Source: an uncultured Chloroflexia bacterium (GTDB taxonomy: Bacteria > Chloroflexota > Limnocylindria > Limnocylindrales > CSP1-4). Taken from it: 64,000 nt of DNA. The DNA is taken from contig CAVVJT010000002.1 of NCBI GenBank assembly GCA_963748625.1, forward strand, positions 217,642 to 281,641. The letters run 5' to 3'. The position numbers and the translations under genes were made by a program. This document shows positions 40,487 to 50,380 of this stretch, in pieces; position 1 is the stretch's first letter; each line of letters starts with the position of its first letter. The notes under the pieces are model-generated. The model had not been told where the DNA came from and did not search any database. It saw nothing but the letters and a program-made list of their open reading frames with translations.

Positions 40487-43198
40487 TCAGCGGCGGGCGA
40501 GGAGCCCCAGCTCGGTCGCGCGTGTGACGGCCGCGCGACGCGAGTTCACGCCGAGCTTCGCGAAGATGGTCTTCGTGTGCGTGCGCATCGTGTTGAGCGA
40601 CACGAAGAGCTGCGCCGCGATCTCGGGGCCGTTCAGGTCCGAGGCGAGCAGTCGGAGGACGTCCATCTCGCGCTCGCTCAGCGGCTCGGGGAGCGGCTGC
40701 CGGGGGTGCGGTGCAGCCGAAGCCGCGACCTGGGACGCGTCGAGGAGCCGGAGCGCGTCGTCGTTGGCGGACGGGCGCGCGGCGGCCCCTCGCAGCAGGG
40801 CGAGCGCCGCCCCGCCGAGGTCGAGGAGCACCCGCGAGAAGCCTTCGGGCCTGGCCAGCCGCACCGCCTCACCCATCGCCGCCGCTGCGGACGCCATGTC
40901 GCCCGCTGCCCGGAACGCCACCGCCCGCACGCCCGTCAGCTCGATGACGATGCGGCCCCGGTCGCCTGCCCGCGCCGCCTCGAGCAGCCGGTCGACGAGC
41001 GCAGCCGCAGGCGCGACGCGCTCCGGGGTGCCCTCGGCGAGCATGGCCTGGGCGAGCGTCGAGAGCTCGTACTCGTGCAGGTAGTCGGGCGACTGCGTCG
41101 GTGACAGCCCCCGCGCCGCGGCCCACCCGAGCGCCTCGGCGGGACGACCGTCCCGTACCCACAGGCGGGCCCGGACGGCCGCGACCGGGCGGACGTCCGG
41201 AAAGAAGTCGGCGTTGTGGACGCGCTCGGCTTCGTCGAGCAGGGCGTGGGCCGCCGGAACGTCACCCTCGGCCGCACGGACGAGCGCCGCGGCGACCCGA
41301 CGCCGGTGGGGGTGCTGTGGCAGGCCGAGCCCCTCGCCCAGCGACTCGGCGGCGTCGAGGTGCGAGCGCGCAGCCGCGAGGTCATTCGCCTCGAGGTGGA
41401 GCTCCGCGAGCGCCACGTGCATGTCGGCCGTGCCCCGGAGCGGCGGCGAGGCCTCGCCACCTGACCGCAGGCCGCGCTCGAGCATCGCCCGCGCCTCGGC
41501 GAGGCGCCCCTGGGCGGTCCGGATGTCGGCCATCGCGAGCGTGCCGCCCAGCGCGTCCGCGTGGTGACCTGCCCGCTCGAGGTCCGCGACCGCCTCCGAC
41601 CACCGCTCGTGGGCTGCCTCGAGATCGCCGCTTGACCAGAGCGCCAGCGCGAGGATTCCGGCCGCGGCGCCGCGCTCGAGGGGCTGCTCCTCGCTGGCGG
41701 ATTCGAGCGCCGCCCTCGCCTGGCGCACCGTCTCGTCGGCGTCGCCCGCCATCGTCGCCAGCGCGCCCCGGTACAGCGCGATCGCGCCCGGCAGGTGCCC
41801 GAGTGCGGTGGCGTGGCGCACCACCATGCCCTGGGCCTCGGCCGCGGCACGCGCGTCTGGACCGGCCGCGGCGCCGACCCAGCGCTCGGCGGCCGCGAGC
41901 CGTTCGGCCACGCCCTTGGACTCGCCCGTCGAGAGCAGGGCCCCGGCGTGCGCGATGGCCAGCACGGGCCGGTGGCTGAAGATGTCGGCCGGCAGGACGT
42001 CGAGCCAGCCGCGGAGCGTCGCCTCCTGGCGCGTCCGGCGCAGGTCGTGTGCGGACAGCTCGATGAGGTCGGCGGCGCGCTCGGCGTCGCCGGCGGCGAG
42101 CGCGTGGCGCACCGCCTCTCGCGGCGCGTCGTTCGCCGCCCACCACGCGCTCGCCCGCTGGTGGAGCGCGCTGCTGCGGTCGCGACCCTGGTCCAGCAGC
42201 CGCGCCCGGAGGAGGTCCGCGAACAGGTGGTGATAGCGATACCAGCGCCGCCGGTCGTCGAGCGGGACCAGGAACAGGTTCGCCCGGTCGAGCGCCTCGA
42301 GCATCCCGGCTCCATCGGTCCTCCCTGTCACCGCGTCGCACAGGGGCCCGGTCAGCCGCTCCAGGATGGAGGTGGCGAGGAGGAACTCGCGGATCTCGTC
42401 GGGCTGGCGCTCCAGCACCTCGTCGGCGAGGTAGTCGACGATGTAGCGGTCGTCGCCGGCGAACTCGGCCACGAATGACGCGAGGTCGTCGCGGCCGCGC
42501 ATCGAGATCGCGGCGAGCTGGAGCGCGGCGATCCAGCCCTCCGTCCGCTCCTCGAGCGTCCCCACCTCGGCCCCGTCGAGCTCGAGGCCCATGGCCTCGT
42601 TGAGGTAGGCCGCCGCCTCCTCCTGCGTGAACCGCAGGTCCGTGGCCCGGATCTCCGCGAGCTCGCCGCGGGCTCGAAGCCGCGCGATCGGCAGCGGCGG
42701 GTCAGCTCGGGTGAGCACCACCAGGTGGGCGCGTGCCGGGAGGCGGTCGACGAGGTAGGCGAGCCCGTCAGCGACCTCCCGGCTCTCGACCTCGTGGAGG
42801 TCGTCGAGCACGATCAGCAGCTCGCGCTCGGCGGCGGCGAGCCCGTTGACGAGTGCATCGACGGCCGCCCGGACGCCGCCGTCGCCGTCCCCGAGGTGCC
42901 CCAGCGCGGCGGCACCCGCGCCCGGAGCCGCGCGCTCGACCGCCGTCGCCACGTAGCGCCAGAAGCGGACGGGGTCGCGGTCCGCAGCGTCCAGCGAGAC
43001 CCAGGCCACGGACACCGGGGTCCGAAGTCCCGCGATCCACTGTGCGGCGAGGGTGCTCTTGCCGAAGCCGGGTGGCGCCGAGAGGAGGACGAGCCGCGGG
43101 ATGGCGTCGCGCCCCAGGCGATCGACGAGGCGTGCCCGTGTGATCGCGCCAGGGCGCAGGTGCAACGGCTGGAGCTTGGTCTCGAGCAGTGTGCTCAC
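40487..43198 (-). CDS. MalT-like ATP-dependent LuxR regulator
   Basis: 'LETKL.P', APPGFGKS, LDDLH, 'RYHHLF', C-terminal LuxR HTH. Confidence 0.94.
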   Translation of the reverse strand: MSTLLETKLQPLHLRPGAITRARLVDRLGRDAIPRLVLLSAPPGFGKSTLAAQWIAGLRTPVSVAWVSLDAADRDPVRFWRYVATAVERAAPGAGAAALGHLGDGDGGVRAAVDALVNGLAAAERELLIVLDDLHEVESREVADGLAYLVDRLPARAHLVVLTRADPPLPIARLRARGELAEIRATDLRFTQEEAAAYLNEAMGLELDGAEVGTLEERTEGWIAALQLAAISMRGRDDLASFVAEFAGDDRYIVDYLADEVLERQPDEIREFLLATSILERLTGPLCDAVTGRTDGAGMLEALDRANLFLVPLDDRRRWYRYHHLFADLLRARLLDQGRDRSSALHQRASAWWAANDAPREAVRHALAAGDAERAADLIELSAHDLRRTRQEATLRGWLDVLPADIFSHRPVLAIAHAGALLSTGESKGVAERLAAAERWVGAAAGPDARAAAEAQGMVVRHATALGHLPGAIALYRGALATMAGDADETVRQARAALESASEEQPLERGAAAGILALALWSSGDLEAAHERWSEAVADLERAGHHADALGGTLAMADIRTAQGRLAEARAMLERGLRSGGEASPPLRGTADMHVALAELHLEANDLAAARSHLDAAESLGEGLGLPQHPHRRRVAAALVRAAEGDVPAAHALLDEAERVHNADFFPDVRPVAAVRARLWVRDGRPAEALGWAAARGLSPTQSPDYLHEYELSTLAQAMLAEGTPERVAPAAALVDRLLEAARAGDRGRIVIELTGVRAVAFRAAGDMASAAAAMGEAVRLARPEGFSRVLLDLGGAALALLRGAAARPSANDDALRLLDASQVAASAAPHPRQPLPEPLSEREMDVLRLLASDLNGPEIAAQLFVSLNTMRTHTKTIFAKLGVNSRRAAVTRATELGLLARR

Positions 43199-43284
43199 GT
43201 CGGCAGGATCATGACCTCCTCAGGCGCCATGCACCAGCCTCCGTCTCGATCCAGGGCGATCAAGGGGCATCGCGAGCCGCCGTC

Positions 43285-43794
43285 TCAGCGCGGCTCGAGC
43301 ACGACGACGGCGGTCTCGCCGGGCCGGCGGGCCGCGAGCGCGCCGAGGTCGTCACCCCAGCCCGGGTAGTTGCGGAACGCTGCCCACAGCCTGTCCCGCT
43401 CCTGCCCGACCGCCGCGCGGGCGCGGACCGCACGCGTCCCATCGGGGAGCCCGACCGACGCGTCCGGGTGCTCCTGGAGGTTCAGCCACCACGCCGGCTC
43501 GGCGTCGCCCCAGCCGTTCATGGCCATCGTGACCAGGTTCTGGCCGTCCTCGTAGTACCCGACGATGGCGACGCGGGTGCGCCCGGTGCGCCGGCCGATG
43601 GTCGCCAGGCGCAGCATCCCGAACTTCGCGCCGGCCTCCGGCCGGGAGAGCCCGAACCGGCCGCCGGTGGCCCGGTGGGCGAAGCGGTGGAGGAGCCAGA
43701 AGGTCCGGATCAGGGGACGCGGGAGCTGGGTCACCGCCCCCGGTCGGCCGTCGGCCGCGGCGCTGGTGGTGGAGGTGGGGTCGTTCGCGGTCAT
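43285..43794 (-). CDS. Deazaflavin (F420)-dependent nitroreductase family protein
   Basis: 'L.TIGRRTG..R..PAWWLNL..HP..V'. Confidence 0.88.
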   Translation of the reverse strand: MTANDPTSTTSAAADGRPGAVTQLPRPLIRTFWLLHRFAHRATGGRFGLSRPEAGAKFGMLRLATIGRRTGRTRVAIVGYYEDGQNLVTMAMNGWGDAEPAWWLNLQEHPDASVGLPDGTRAVRARAAVGQERDRLWAAFRNYPGWGDDLGALAARRPGETAVVVLEPR

Positions 43795-43828
43795 CGGTCG
43801 TCTCCTTGTGCTCGTGATGCGGGTGGTG

Positions 43829-45091
43829 TCAAGCGGGCGAGGCGCCGCGCAGGGCGGGCAGGAAGGTGATCCGCTCGATTCCCGTGCGGACCGAGCCGTC
43901 GGTGCGTCGGAGGCCGTCGCCCAGGCCGAGGGCCACGACGATCGAGCCGAGCCAGACGAGGGCGCCGACCGTCGCCACGGGCGGCAGGGTGCCGACCGCG
44001 CCGAGCGCGAACAAGGCCGCAGGGACGAGCGGCTCGTGCGCTGCGTTGAAAGGGCGCACGACGCGCGCGGCGATCCGCCCGCGGGCCTTCGAGTGCCCGA
44101 TCCCCAGGAGGAGCGGCAGCGACGGGATGAGCGAGAACCCGATCACGGCGGCGATGCCGATCCCGTGCTCCGTGGCCTCCGCGTTGCCGACGATCGCGAG
44201 CCACAGGCCGGCGATGACGAGCAGGTGGCGGCGCTGGGGGCGGAAGCGGAGCCGGGCGAACCGCGCCGGCGTGGCAGCGGCGACCGGCGTGGCAGCGGCG
44301 ACCCGCGTGGCAGCGGCGACCGGCGTCTCTGCCGCGGGACGTGCGGTCCGACGAGCCTCCGTGCCCCGATCGTCCTCCAGCCCCCAGCCGGCGAGGGTGG
44401 CACTGCGGTTGAACCCCTTGAAGGTCATCCACAGGCCGACCGAGAGCTCCCAGACGAAGATCGGCGCGGTCGCGATCGCGGAGTACGCCGAGCCGAGCTG
44501 GTGCAGGCCCAGGACCATGCCCGCGACCGAGCTGATGAGCAGCGGCGCACCGATGAGGCCGAGTGCCGGGATCCAGCGGGGGACGAGCCGCGCCCGGTAG
44601 AGCACGGTCGCGAACATGAGCGCGTTGAAGCCGGGCATCAGCCCCGGGCCGAGGATGAACGTCCAGTTGCGGACGTCCACCAGCCCCTGGCCCACGGCGA
44701 TGAGCGCGGCGTCATCGGTGCCGGCGACCGCACCGGCCTGGCGGATCGACGTCACGGCGAGCAGGGCGCAGATGCCGGGGACGATGATCGCGGCCTCGAG
44801 CAGCCGCGTGGCGACGAACCCGAGGGCGAGGCTCTCCTGGTACCGCCGGAGCACCGTGAACACGGCCACCGCGGAGCCGATGGCGGTCAGCGCGTTGGTC
44901 ATGTCGAGGAGGCAGGCGACGAGGATCTGCGTGTCGCTGCCCGAGCCAACGATGTACTGCGGATCCGTGAGGATCGGAGCCAGCAGGAGCGCCGCGGGGA
45001 TCGAGCTCGCGAAGGTGATGAGGTAGAACACGCCGCTTGCGAACGCCGCCCTCCGGGTCGGGTCCGCCGCGGGCCTGGAGCTTCTTGCCAT
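43829..45091 (-). CDS. DUF4386 membrane protein with a fused extra membrane domain
   Basis: 'RLLEA', 'RLVPRWIP.LGLIG', 'WELSVGLW..KGF'; repeat linker, then more TM helices. Confidence 0.8.
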   Translation of the reverse strand: MARSSRPAADPTRRAAFASGVFYLITFASSIPAALLLAPILTDPQYIVGSGSDTQILVACLLDMTNALTAIGSAVAVFTVLRRYQESLALGFVATRLLEAAIIVPGICALLAVTSIRQAGAVAGTDDAALIAVGQGLVDVRNWTFILGPGLMPGFNALMFATVLYRARLVPRWIPALGLIGAPLLISSVAGMVLGLHQLGSAYSAIATAPIFVWELSVGLWMTFKGFNRSATLAGWGLEDDRGTEARRTARPAAETPVAAATRVAAATPVAAATPARFARLRFRPQRRHLLVIAGLWLAIVGNAEATEHGIGIAAVIGFSLIPSLPLLLGIGHSKARGRIAARVVRPFNAAHEPLVPAALFALGAVGTLPPVATVGALVWLGSIVVALGLGDGLRRTDGSVRTGIERITFLPALRGASPA

Positions 45092-45178
45092 CGTTCCGTC
45101 TCCCTGGTTCGCGTCTCCCGGGGGACGCCCGACGGGAGAGGCTGGCGCCGAGACTGGGCGCCGACGTGGTGAGGCGGC

Positions 45179-45196
45179 ATCACCACAGGTGGTGAT
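45179..45196. promoter_or_regulatory. ATCACCAC-AG-GTGGTGAT palindrome, copy 2
   Basis: Identical to 40430-40447. Confidence 0.75.
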
Positions 45197-45397
45197 CGCG
45201 CTGGTGATTAGCGTGCGTGGCGAGCCCGCCGGGCGGTACCGGGGCGTGCGGAGCGACCACTCGGAGTTGTCCAGCAGCGCCACGAGTGCTGGTGCTCTCC
45301 ACCGGCCACCCGGGCTGCTTCCGGCTCGCGTCGGGGCAGTGCGCATCCCCCGATCCTGATCACACCGCCGAACGCGGTGGAGCGTGGTGGGATGGAC

Positions 45398-45493
45398 CCG
45401 GGAATCAAGAAACCCGCCTCGATTGAGGCGGGTTTCGTGCTTGTCGAGTGGAGCCGACACTCGGATTTGAACCGAGGACCTGCTGTTTACGAA
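45398..45493 (-). repeat. att-like duplicate of the tRNA-Thr 3' half plus terminator
   Basis: 45448-45493 is identical to 63719-63764 and ends in the anticodon loop; hairpin also duplicated. Confidence 0.95.
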
Positions 45494-45761
45494 GTTCCTG
45501 CCCGCTCAAGGGTCCCCTGGAACTGCTGTTTCCCCGTTCAGAACCACGCTGATCGTGGATTTGCGCCGCCGGTTGTCAACCCCGTGAAGTAGCTCAGCAA
45601 CTTCACGGATCTCGTGAAGCGGAGTGGACCGTAGCGTGGACGCGAGTCGACCGTCCAACGGCCCTGCTGCCACGTGCTGAGGCGCTGCGCGTGCCGGCCA
45701 TCCCTAGCGCAAGTCACGGTCGTGACGGGTGCCACCAAAGGGTCCGCTGCAGGCCCGATCC

Positions 45762-47069
45762 TCAGGAGGGTGCCACTGCGCGGGCAGCGTCCATTTCGAG
45801 CGCCGTGAGCTGAAGGATCAGGTGATCCCGCTGCTCCAGCACTCGCGCCGTGAGCCTCTTGAGAGCCTCGGGGCTCAGCCGGTGCTCCCCGTCGAGGAGC
45901 TCCAGCTCGATCGGCTCCCACGCCGCTTGGGCAACGGGAGTCAGCAGAGCGGGATCCCGGTCCGCGACGTACTGCAGCTCGCGCATCGCCCACCAGGCGG
46001 AGTCACGACTTGGCCGTTCCCCGCCTGCCTCGAGGGCCGGTGGCAGTTCCTGGCCCACGGTCACGGGCAGGAACAGTCCGGTGCAGGGGGTCGCCATGCA
46101 GATCCACGCCACCGGCGGAAGGGAGTTGTCGGCGAGCTCCACGACCATGGTCGCCGAGGTGGACGCCGGCTGGAACCCGGGATGGATGCAGACGGTCCGG
46201 CGTGGGACGGCACCCTCGGCGAGTGGGAGGTTCACCAGGCCGCCCTCGAAGTGATCACGCAGGTAGCGCATGAACTGTGGGATCCCATGCTCCGCCCGAT
46301 CCGCGACGACGCGGCAGCCCACCTCGTACCGGTCCTGGGTCCACGAGCGTGCCGCCCGGTCCTCGTATGCATCCCGGAAGTTGAAGCGGCTCCCCTCGGG
46401 CGCCGCCCAGTAGCCCATCTCTCGCGCGTGTTCCTCGATACCCATCGAGCACTCGTCCCAGTCGTCCTCGATGGTCAGCAGGTTCGCGATGGTCGCACCC
46501 GTCGTTGTCCGCCGGGCGACCCAATGGCGCCGGGACGTCTCGATCACCCACGCCTCGTTCGGGTCCGCGACGATGAAGCTGTTGTGATAGCTGGCGTCCG
46601 AGCCGTAGACCGCTGGGCCGCCCTGGCCGTACTGCTCGAGCAGATCGGTGATCACCCGCTTGGCTTCGGCTGCTGTCCGACCGCGCTCGAGACCGAGGCG
46701 CACGAGATCCATGCCCAGCAGGCCGGTCTCCGGCACCGGGTCGTGGGTGTAGATCGCCTCATTGCCGATAGCCACGCCGTGCTCGTTGACGCCCTGCTCG
46801 AACCCCCACAGCCACCAGGGACGCTGGCCGAGGACGGCGTGGGTCCGGGGGACCTGCGGGATCGTCAGGTACTGGCACCTGACGGTCGCTCCCGGCCCGT
46901 GCACGGCTGCGGGAACCTGGGTGAGCGGCTGGCACTCCACGCCGGGGCGGTCGCTGCTCTTCGCGAAGATGGCCCGGCGCCCGTCGCCCGAGCCTGTGAA
47001 GACCACGATCGTGTCGCAGGATGCCTGGTAGCTCCGGTTCGTGTCTGCCACGGGATCGAGCCCTCGCAT
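45762..47069 (-). CDS. C69 dipeptidase/secernin family Ntn hydrolase
   Basis: 'SCDT', 'FAKSSDR', 'WGFEQGVNEHGVAIGNEA', 'GMDLVRLGLER', 'VCIH'. Confidence 0.92.
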   Translation of the reverse strand: MRGLDPVADTNRSYQASCDTIVVFTGSGDGRRAIFAKSSDRPGVECQPLTQVPAAVHGPGATVRCQYLTIPQVPRTHAVLGQRPWWLWGFEQGVNEHGVAIGNEAIYTHDPVPETGLLGMDLVRLGLERGRTAAEAKRVITDLLEQYGQGGPAVYGSDASYHNSFIVADPNEAWVIETSRRHWVARRTTTGATIANLLTIEDDWDECSMGIEEHAREMGYWAAPEGSRFNFRDAYEDRAARSWTQDRYEVGCRVVADRAEHGIPQFMRYLRDHFEGGLVNLPLAEGAVPRRTVCIHPGFQPASTSATMVVELADNSLPPVAWICMATPCTGLFLPVTVGQELPPALEAGGERPSRDSAWWAMRELQYVADRDPALLTPVAQAAWEPIELELLDGEHRLSPEALKRLTARVLEQRDHLILQLTALEMDAARAVAPS

Positions 47070-47077
47070 GTTGCGGG

Positions 47078-47977
47078 TCAGGGGGTTTCAGGTGAGCGGG
47101 ACTTGGGCATAGAGGCGGTCGGCGGGGCACCTACGTGTGGTGAGGTCGACGGCTCGAACACGTCGCTGATGCCAGGGCCACGAGGGGCCGCATCCAGGTA
47201 GAACGCGTTCGAATTGCGGGCAGACCACACGTTCATGCTCAGGACCGGCTCCGTGGCTGAGAGGAGTGTCACCAGGCTTTCCTCCGTCTCGCGCCACAGG
47301 TGCTCGGTCGCTGCCACCGCTCGAGCGGGATCGTTCTCCGCCAGCGCATCAAGCAGGTCGGCGTGGTCATGGGCGAGCATGCGGGCCGGGACGCCGAGGG
47401 CGACCGCGAGATTGCGGAATCGCAGGACCCCCTGGGTGAGCTGGGTCATGACGTCGGCTTGAACGGCGTTGTCCTGGGCGCGTGCCACCGCGAGGTGGAA
47501 CTGCAAGTCCGCGCGGATCCACCCATCCGCGGTGAGGCCGTCACGGTCGGAGGCGAGGCCCTGCTGCACCTGTGCCTCCAGCGCCTCCAGTCGAGCCCCA
47601 CCGCCAGCCGATGCGGTCACCGACTCCACGGCGGCAGCCTCGAGCCTCGCGAGGAGCCCGCACGTGTCGCGCACGTTCTTGAGGGTCACCGGCGCCACCC
47701 GGTACCCGGATCGCGCCTGCACCATCACCAGGCGTTCGAGCTTCAGGCGCAGCAGCGCCTCCCGCACCGGGGTCTTGCCGAACCCAACCTGGCGCACCAG
47801 CTCCTGCTCGGTGAAGGAGCTGCCCGGTGGCATCTGCACGGTGACGATCAGTCGCCGGATGGCCTGGTAGGCGTCCTCAGCGTTCGACCTCGCGACGCGC
47901 TCCGGCTCCACTTCCCGCACGCTCTCCGCTTCATCCAGCCACGACCGTTTCGTTCGGCCAAATCCTAGCACTGACAT
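47078..47977 (-). CDS. GntR/FCD family regulator
   Basis: 'GKTPVREALLRL..E.LV', 'DLQFH.AVA....N'. Confidence 0.9.
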   Translation of the reverse strand: MSVLGFGRTKRSWLDEAESVREVEPERVARSNAEDAYQAIRRLIVTVQMPPGSSFTEQELVRQVGFGKTPVREALLRLKLERLVMVQARSGYRVAPVTLKNVRDTCGLLARLEAAAVESVTASAGGGARLEALEAQVQQGLASDRDGLTADGWIRADLQFHLAVARAQDNAVQADVMTQLTQGVLRFRNLAVALGVPARMLAHDHADLLDALAENDPARAVAATEHLWRETEESLVTLLSATEPVLSMNVWSARNSNAFYLDAAPRGPGISDVFEPSTSPHVGAPPTASMPKSRSPETP

Positions 47978-48062
47978 ACTGCGGAATCTTCGTGACATTT
48001 CCAAACGCCTGTGTAATATATCAGCCACCACGATCTGGTGGATCACTGAGGCACTGGCGAGC

Positions 48063-48896
48063 ATGGCGAGTTCCGACCTGAGCATTCCCACCGTCACGCG
48101 GGTGTCGACCGTGCATGCCGGCGTGGAGTGGGAGGCGCTCGTGCATGTGCCGGTCCGTCCGCCCGTGGCGATCGCCATCGTTTTCCATCCCATGGGACTC
48201 GGACCCGAGGCCGTGCTGGACGGGGAGCCGATCGGGGAGAATCTCATCCGACCCCTCGAGGGGTTGCGACCAGCGGCCGACTGTCACGGCCTCTTGATCA
48301 TTGCGCCTCGCGGGCGGGGGCGCGCCAGCATCGACGGGGTCTCGCTCGCCTGGGAGCCGCACCTCCGCGCCGCGTTCGAGTTCGCGCAGGAGTTGCGCGC
48401 CCGCATCGGGCCCCTCCCGATCGTCGCCGGCGGCCTGTCTCAGGGTGGCCTGGAGGCGCTTGTGCTCGCCGGGCTCGAGCCCTCTGAAGTCCGAGCCGTG
48501 TGGGCGGTGAATGCGCCGGTCGACATCCACCGGTTGCGGATCGACCGCGGGCGGCGTGATCAGCGGCACCGTGCCTCGGCGCTGGATCTGGCCCTGATCA
48601 AGGAACTCGGGACGGATCGACGCCAGTGGGCAGCGAGGACCCCGCTCGCGTATCTCCCCGCCCTTGCACGAGTCGAGCGAATCCAGCTCGTCTGGTCCCC
48701 GGACGACGAGATCGTTCCCGACGGCGATGCCCACTGCGGACGCCTCGCCGGGGAGCTCCGGGCCTTGGGAGGGGTCGTCGACGAACGTCGAGTCACGTTC
48801 GTTCCGCCTAGGGGCGATGTGGATCCGGGGCGATATGCCCACGAGTCCTGCGACGTGTGGAGCGGTGTCGCCTTTCTCGCGGCTGCTGGGAGGTGA
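48063..48896 (+). CDS. Alpha/beta hydrolase-fold protein
   Basis: GLSQGG elbow, 'DEIVP', C-terminal His. Confidence 0.7.
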   Translation: MASSDLSIPTVTRVSTVHAGVEWEALVHVPVRPPVAIAIVFHPMGLGPEAVLDGEPIGENLIRPLEGLRPAADCHGLLIIAPRGRGRASIDGVSLAWEPHLRAAFEFAQELRARIGPLPIVAGGLSQGGLEALVLAGLEPSEVRAVWAVNAPVDIHRLRIDRGRRDQRHRASALDLALIKELGTDRRQWAARTPLAYLPALARVERIQLVWSPDDEIVPDGDAHCGRLAGELRALGGVVDERRVTFVPPRGDVDPGRYAHESCDVWSGVAFLAAAGR

Positions 48897-49023
48897 GCGA
48901 CGACGTCACCGATTGAAGCGCCGGGCAGGAGCACGCATTCAGAGCCGGGAGGAGCACGCCACCGGTGAGAGGGACAGGCAGATGATCCAGAAGCGACGAA
49001 CACAACCGAGAATGGAGCGTGAC

Positions 49024-50376
49024 ATGACGTCCACACAGCACTCGCGCCGGAGGGGGCCGTCCTTCCTCCGCGCGACCACCGTCGTAGGCCTCGGCCTGCT
49101 CGTGGCAGCCTGCTCCTCGGGGGCAACGTCGGGGACAGCGGTCCCCGCTAGCACCGAAGCCCCTGCCTCGGCCTCTGCTGTGACCGCCGTGCCTTCGGCG
49201 GCCGCGGAGGCGACTGAGCTGGTCTTCCTGCCGCACATCACCCCGAACCTCTCGCTCGACTTCTGGCAGTCGGCGGTCGACCGCTGCACCTCCGTCAACC
49301 CCGACCTCAAGGTCACCATGGTGACCGCGCCCGACACGGCCACGGAGAAGTACGCACAGCAGCTCCTGGCCGCGGGGGACCCGCCCGACGTGGCATCGAC
49401 CGTGATCTTCAACTCGGGCCTCTGGCCGGAGTTGCTCCCGTTCGACACGAGCGACCCGGAGGTCCAGCAGATCCAGGGCTTCGAGAATGCCCTGATCGAC
49501 GGGAAGCTCCTGAACCTCGGGATTGTCAAGGAGGCCCGCAGCACGCTCTTCTACAACAAGGACATGTTCGAGAAGGCGGGCATCACGACCCTCCCGACGA
49601 CGTACGCTGAGTTCGAAGATGCGCTCGCCAAGCTCAAGGCTTCGGGTGTCACGCCCATGCTGACTGCCGGCGAGTGGGTGACGGGTGAGGTCCTCAACGA
49701 CTTCAGCGACACGCTCAAGACCAATGCGGCGTGGTACACCGACCGTCACGCCGGCAAGGTGAAGTTCGCCGACCAGGACTGGGTCGACGGTGCCACCCGG
49801 ATCCGCGACTGGGCGGCGAAGGGGTACTTCAACGAGGGAGCCCTCGGCATCGGTTACGCCCAGCTCGAGGAGGAGTTCCTGAGCGGGAACGCGGCCATCT
49901 ACCCGATGGGGACGTGGTTCACGGCGGCCGCCAAAGCCCGCCCGCCCGCCTTTGAGATCGGGGTCATGGCCCCGCCGAGCAGCGACGGCCGGCAGGTCCT
50001 CACGGGCGCGAGTGCCTACGGCGGCTACTCCGTGTTCAAGCAGACCGAGCATCCGGCGGAGGCGGTCCGGCTTGCGAAGTGCCTCGCGTTCGACCAGGAG
50101 GCGCTGACGGCATTCCTCGACGCGGACGGCCAGTTCTCGAGCGTGGACTTGACAAGCGGCCCGCTCGACCGGGAGCTCACGCCGCTCCAGCAGGACGTCG
50201 TGAAGCTGTTCGAGTCCGTCGAGGCGTTCAATCCGAGCTACTTCGGCCAGGGCGACAACTCGCCCAAGCCGGGGATCCAGGACCTGTTCGTCCAGGCAGC
50301 CGCGGCGCTCATCCTCGGCACGGGCGATCCGAAGGCTGAGCTCGAGAAGATCGACGCTGCCTGGGAGGCCAACTAG
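49024..50376 (+). CDS. Carbohydrate ABC transporter substrate-binding lipoprotein
   Basis: Lipobox VAAC; 'FYNKDMFEKAGI..PTT..EF'. Confidence 0.92.
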   Translation: MTSTQHSRRRGPSFLRATTVVGLGLLVAACSSGATSGTAVPASTEAPASASAVTAVPSAAAEATELVFLPHITPNLSLDFWQSAVDRCTSVNPDLKVTMVTAPDTATEKYAQQLLAAGDPPDVASTVIFNSGLWPELLPFDTSDPEVQQIQGFENALIDGKLLNLGIVKEARSTLFYNKDMFEKAGITTLPTTYAEFEDALAKLKASGVTPMLTAGEWVTGEVLNDFSDTLKTNAAWYTDRHAGKVKFADQDWVDGATRIRDWAAKGYFNEGALGIGYAQLEEEFLSGNAAIYPMGTWFTAAAKARPPAFEIGVMAPPSSDGRQVLTGASAYGGYSVFKQTEHPAEAVRLAKCLAFDQEALTAFLDADGQFSSVDLTSGPLDRELTPLQQDVVKLFESVEAFNPSYFGQGDNSPKPGIQDLFVQAAAALILGTGDPKAELEKIDAAWEAN

Positions 50377-50380
50377 TCTC

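Noticed and set aside
45448-45493. Second tRNA gene
   Set aside because: Only the 3' half is present, so it is an att duplicate.
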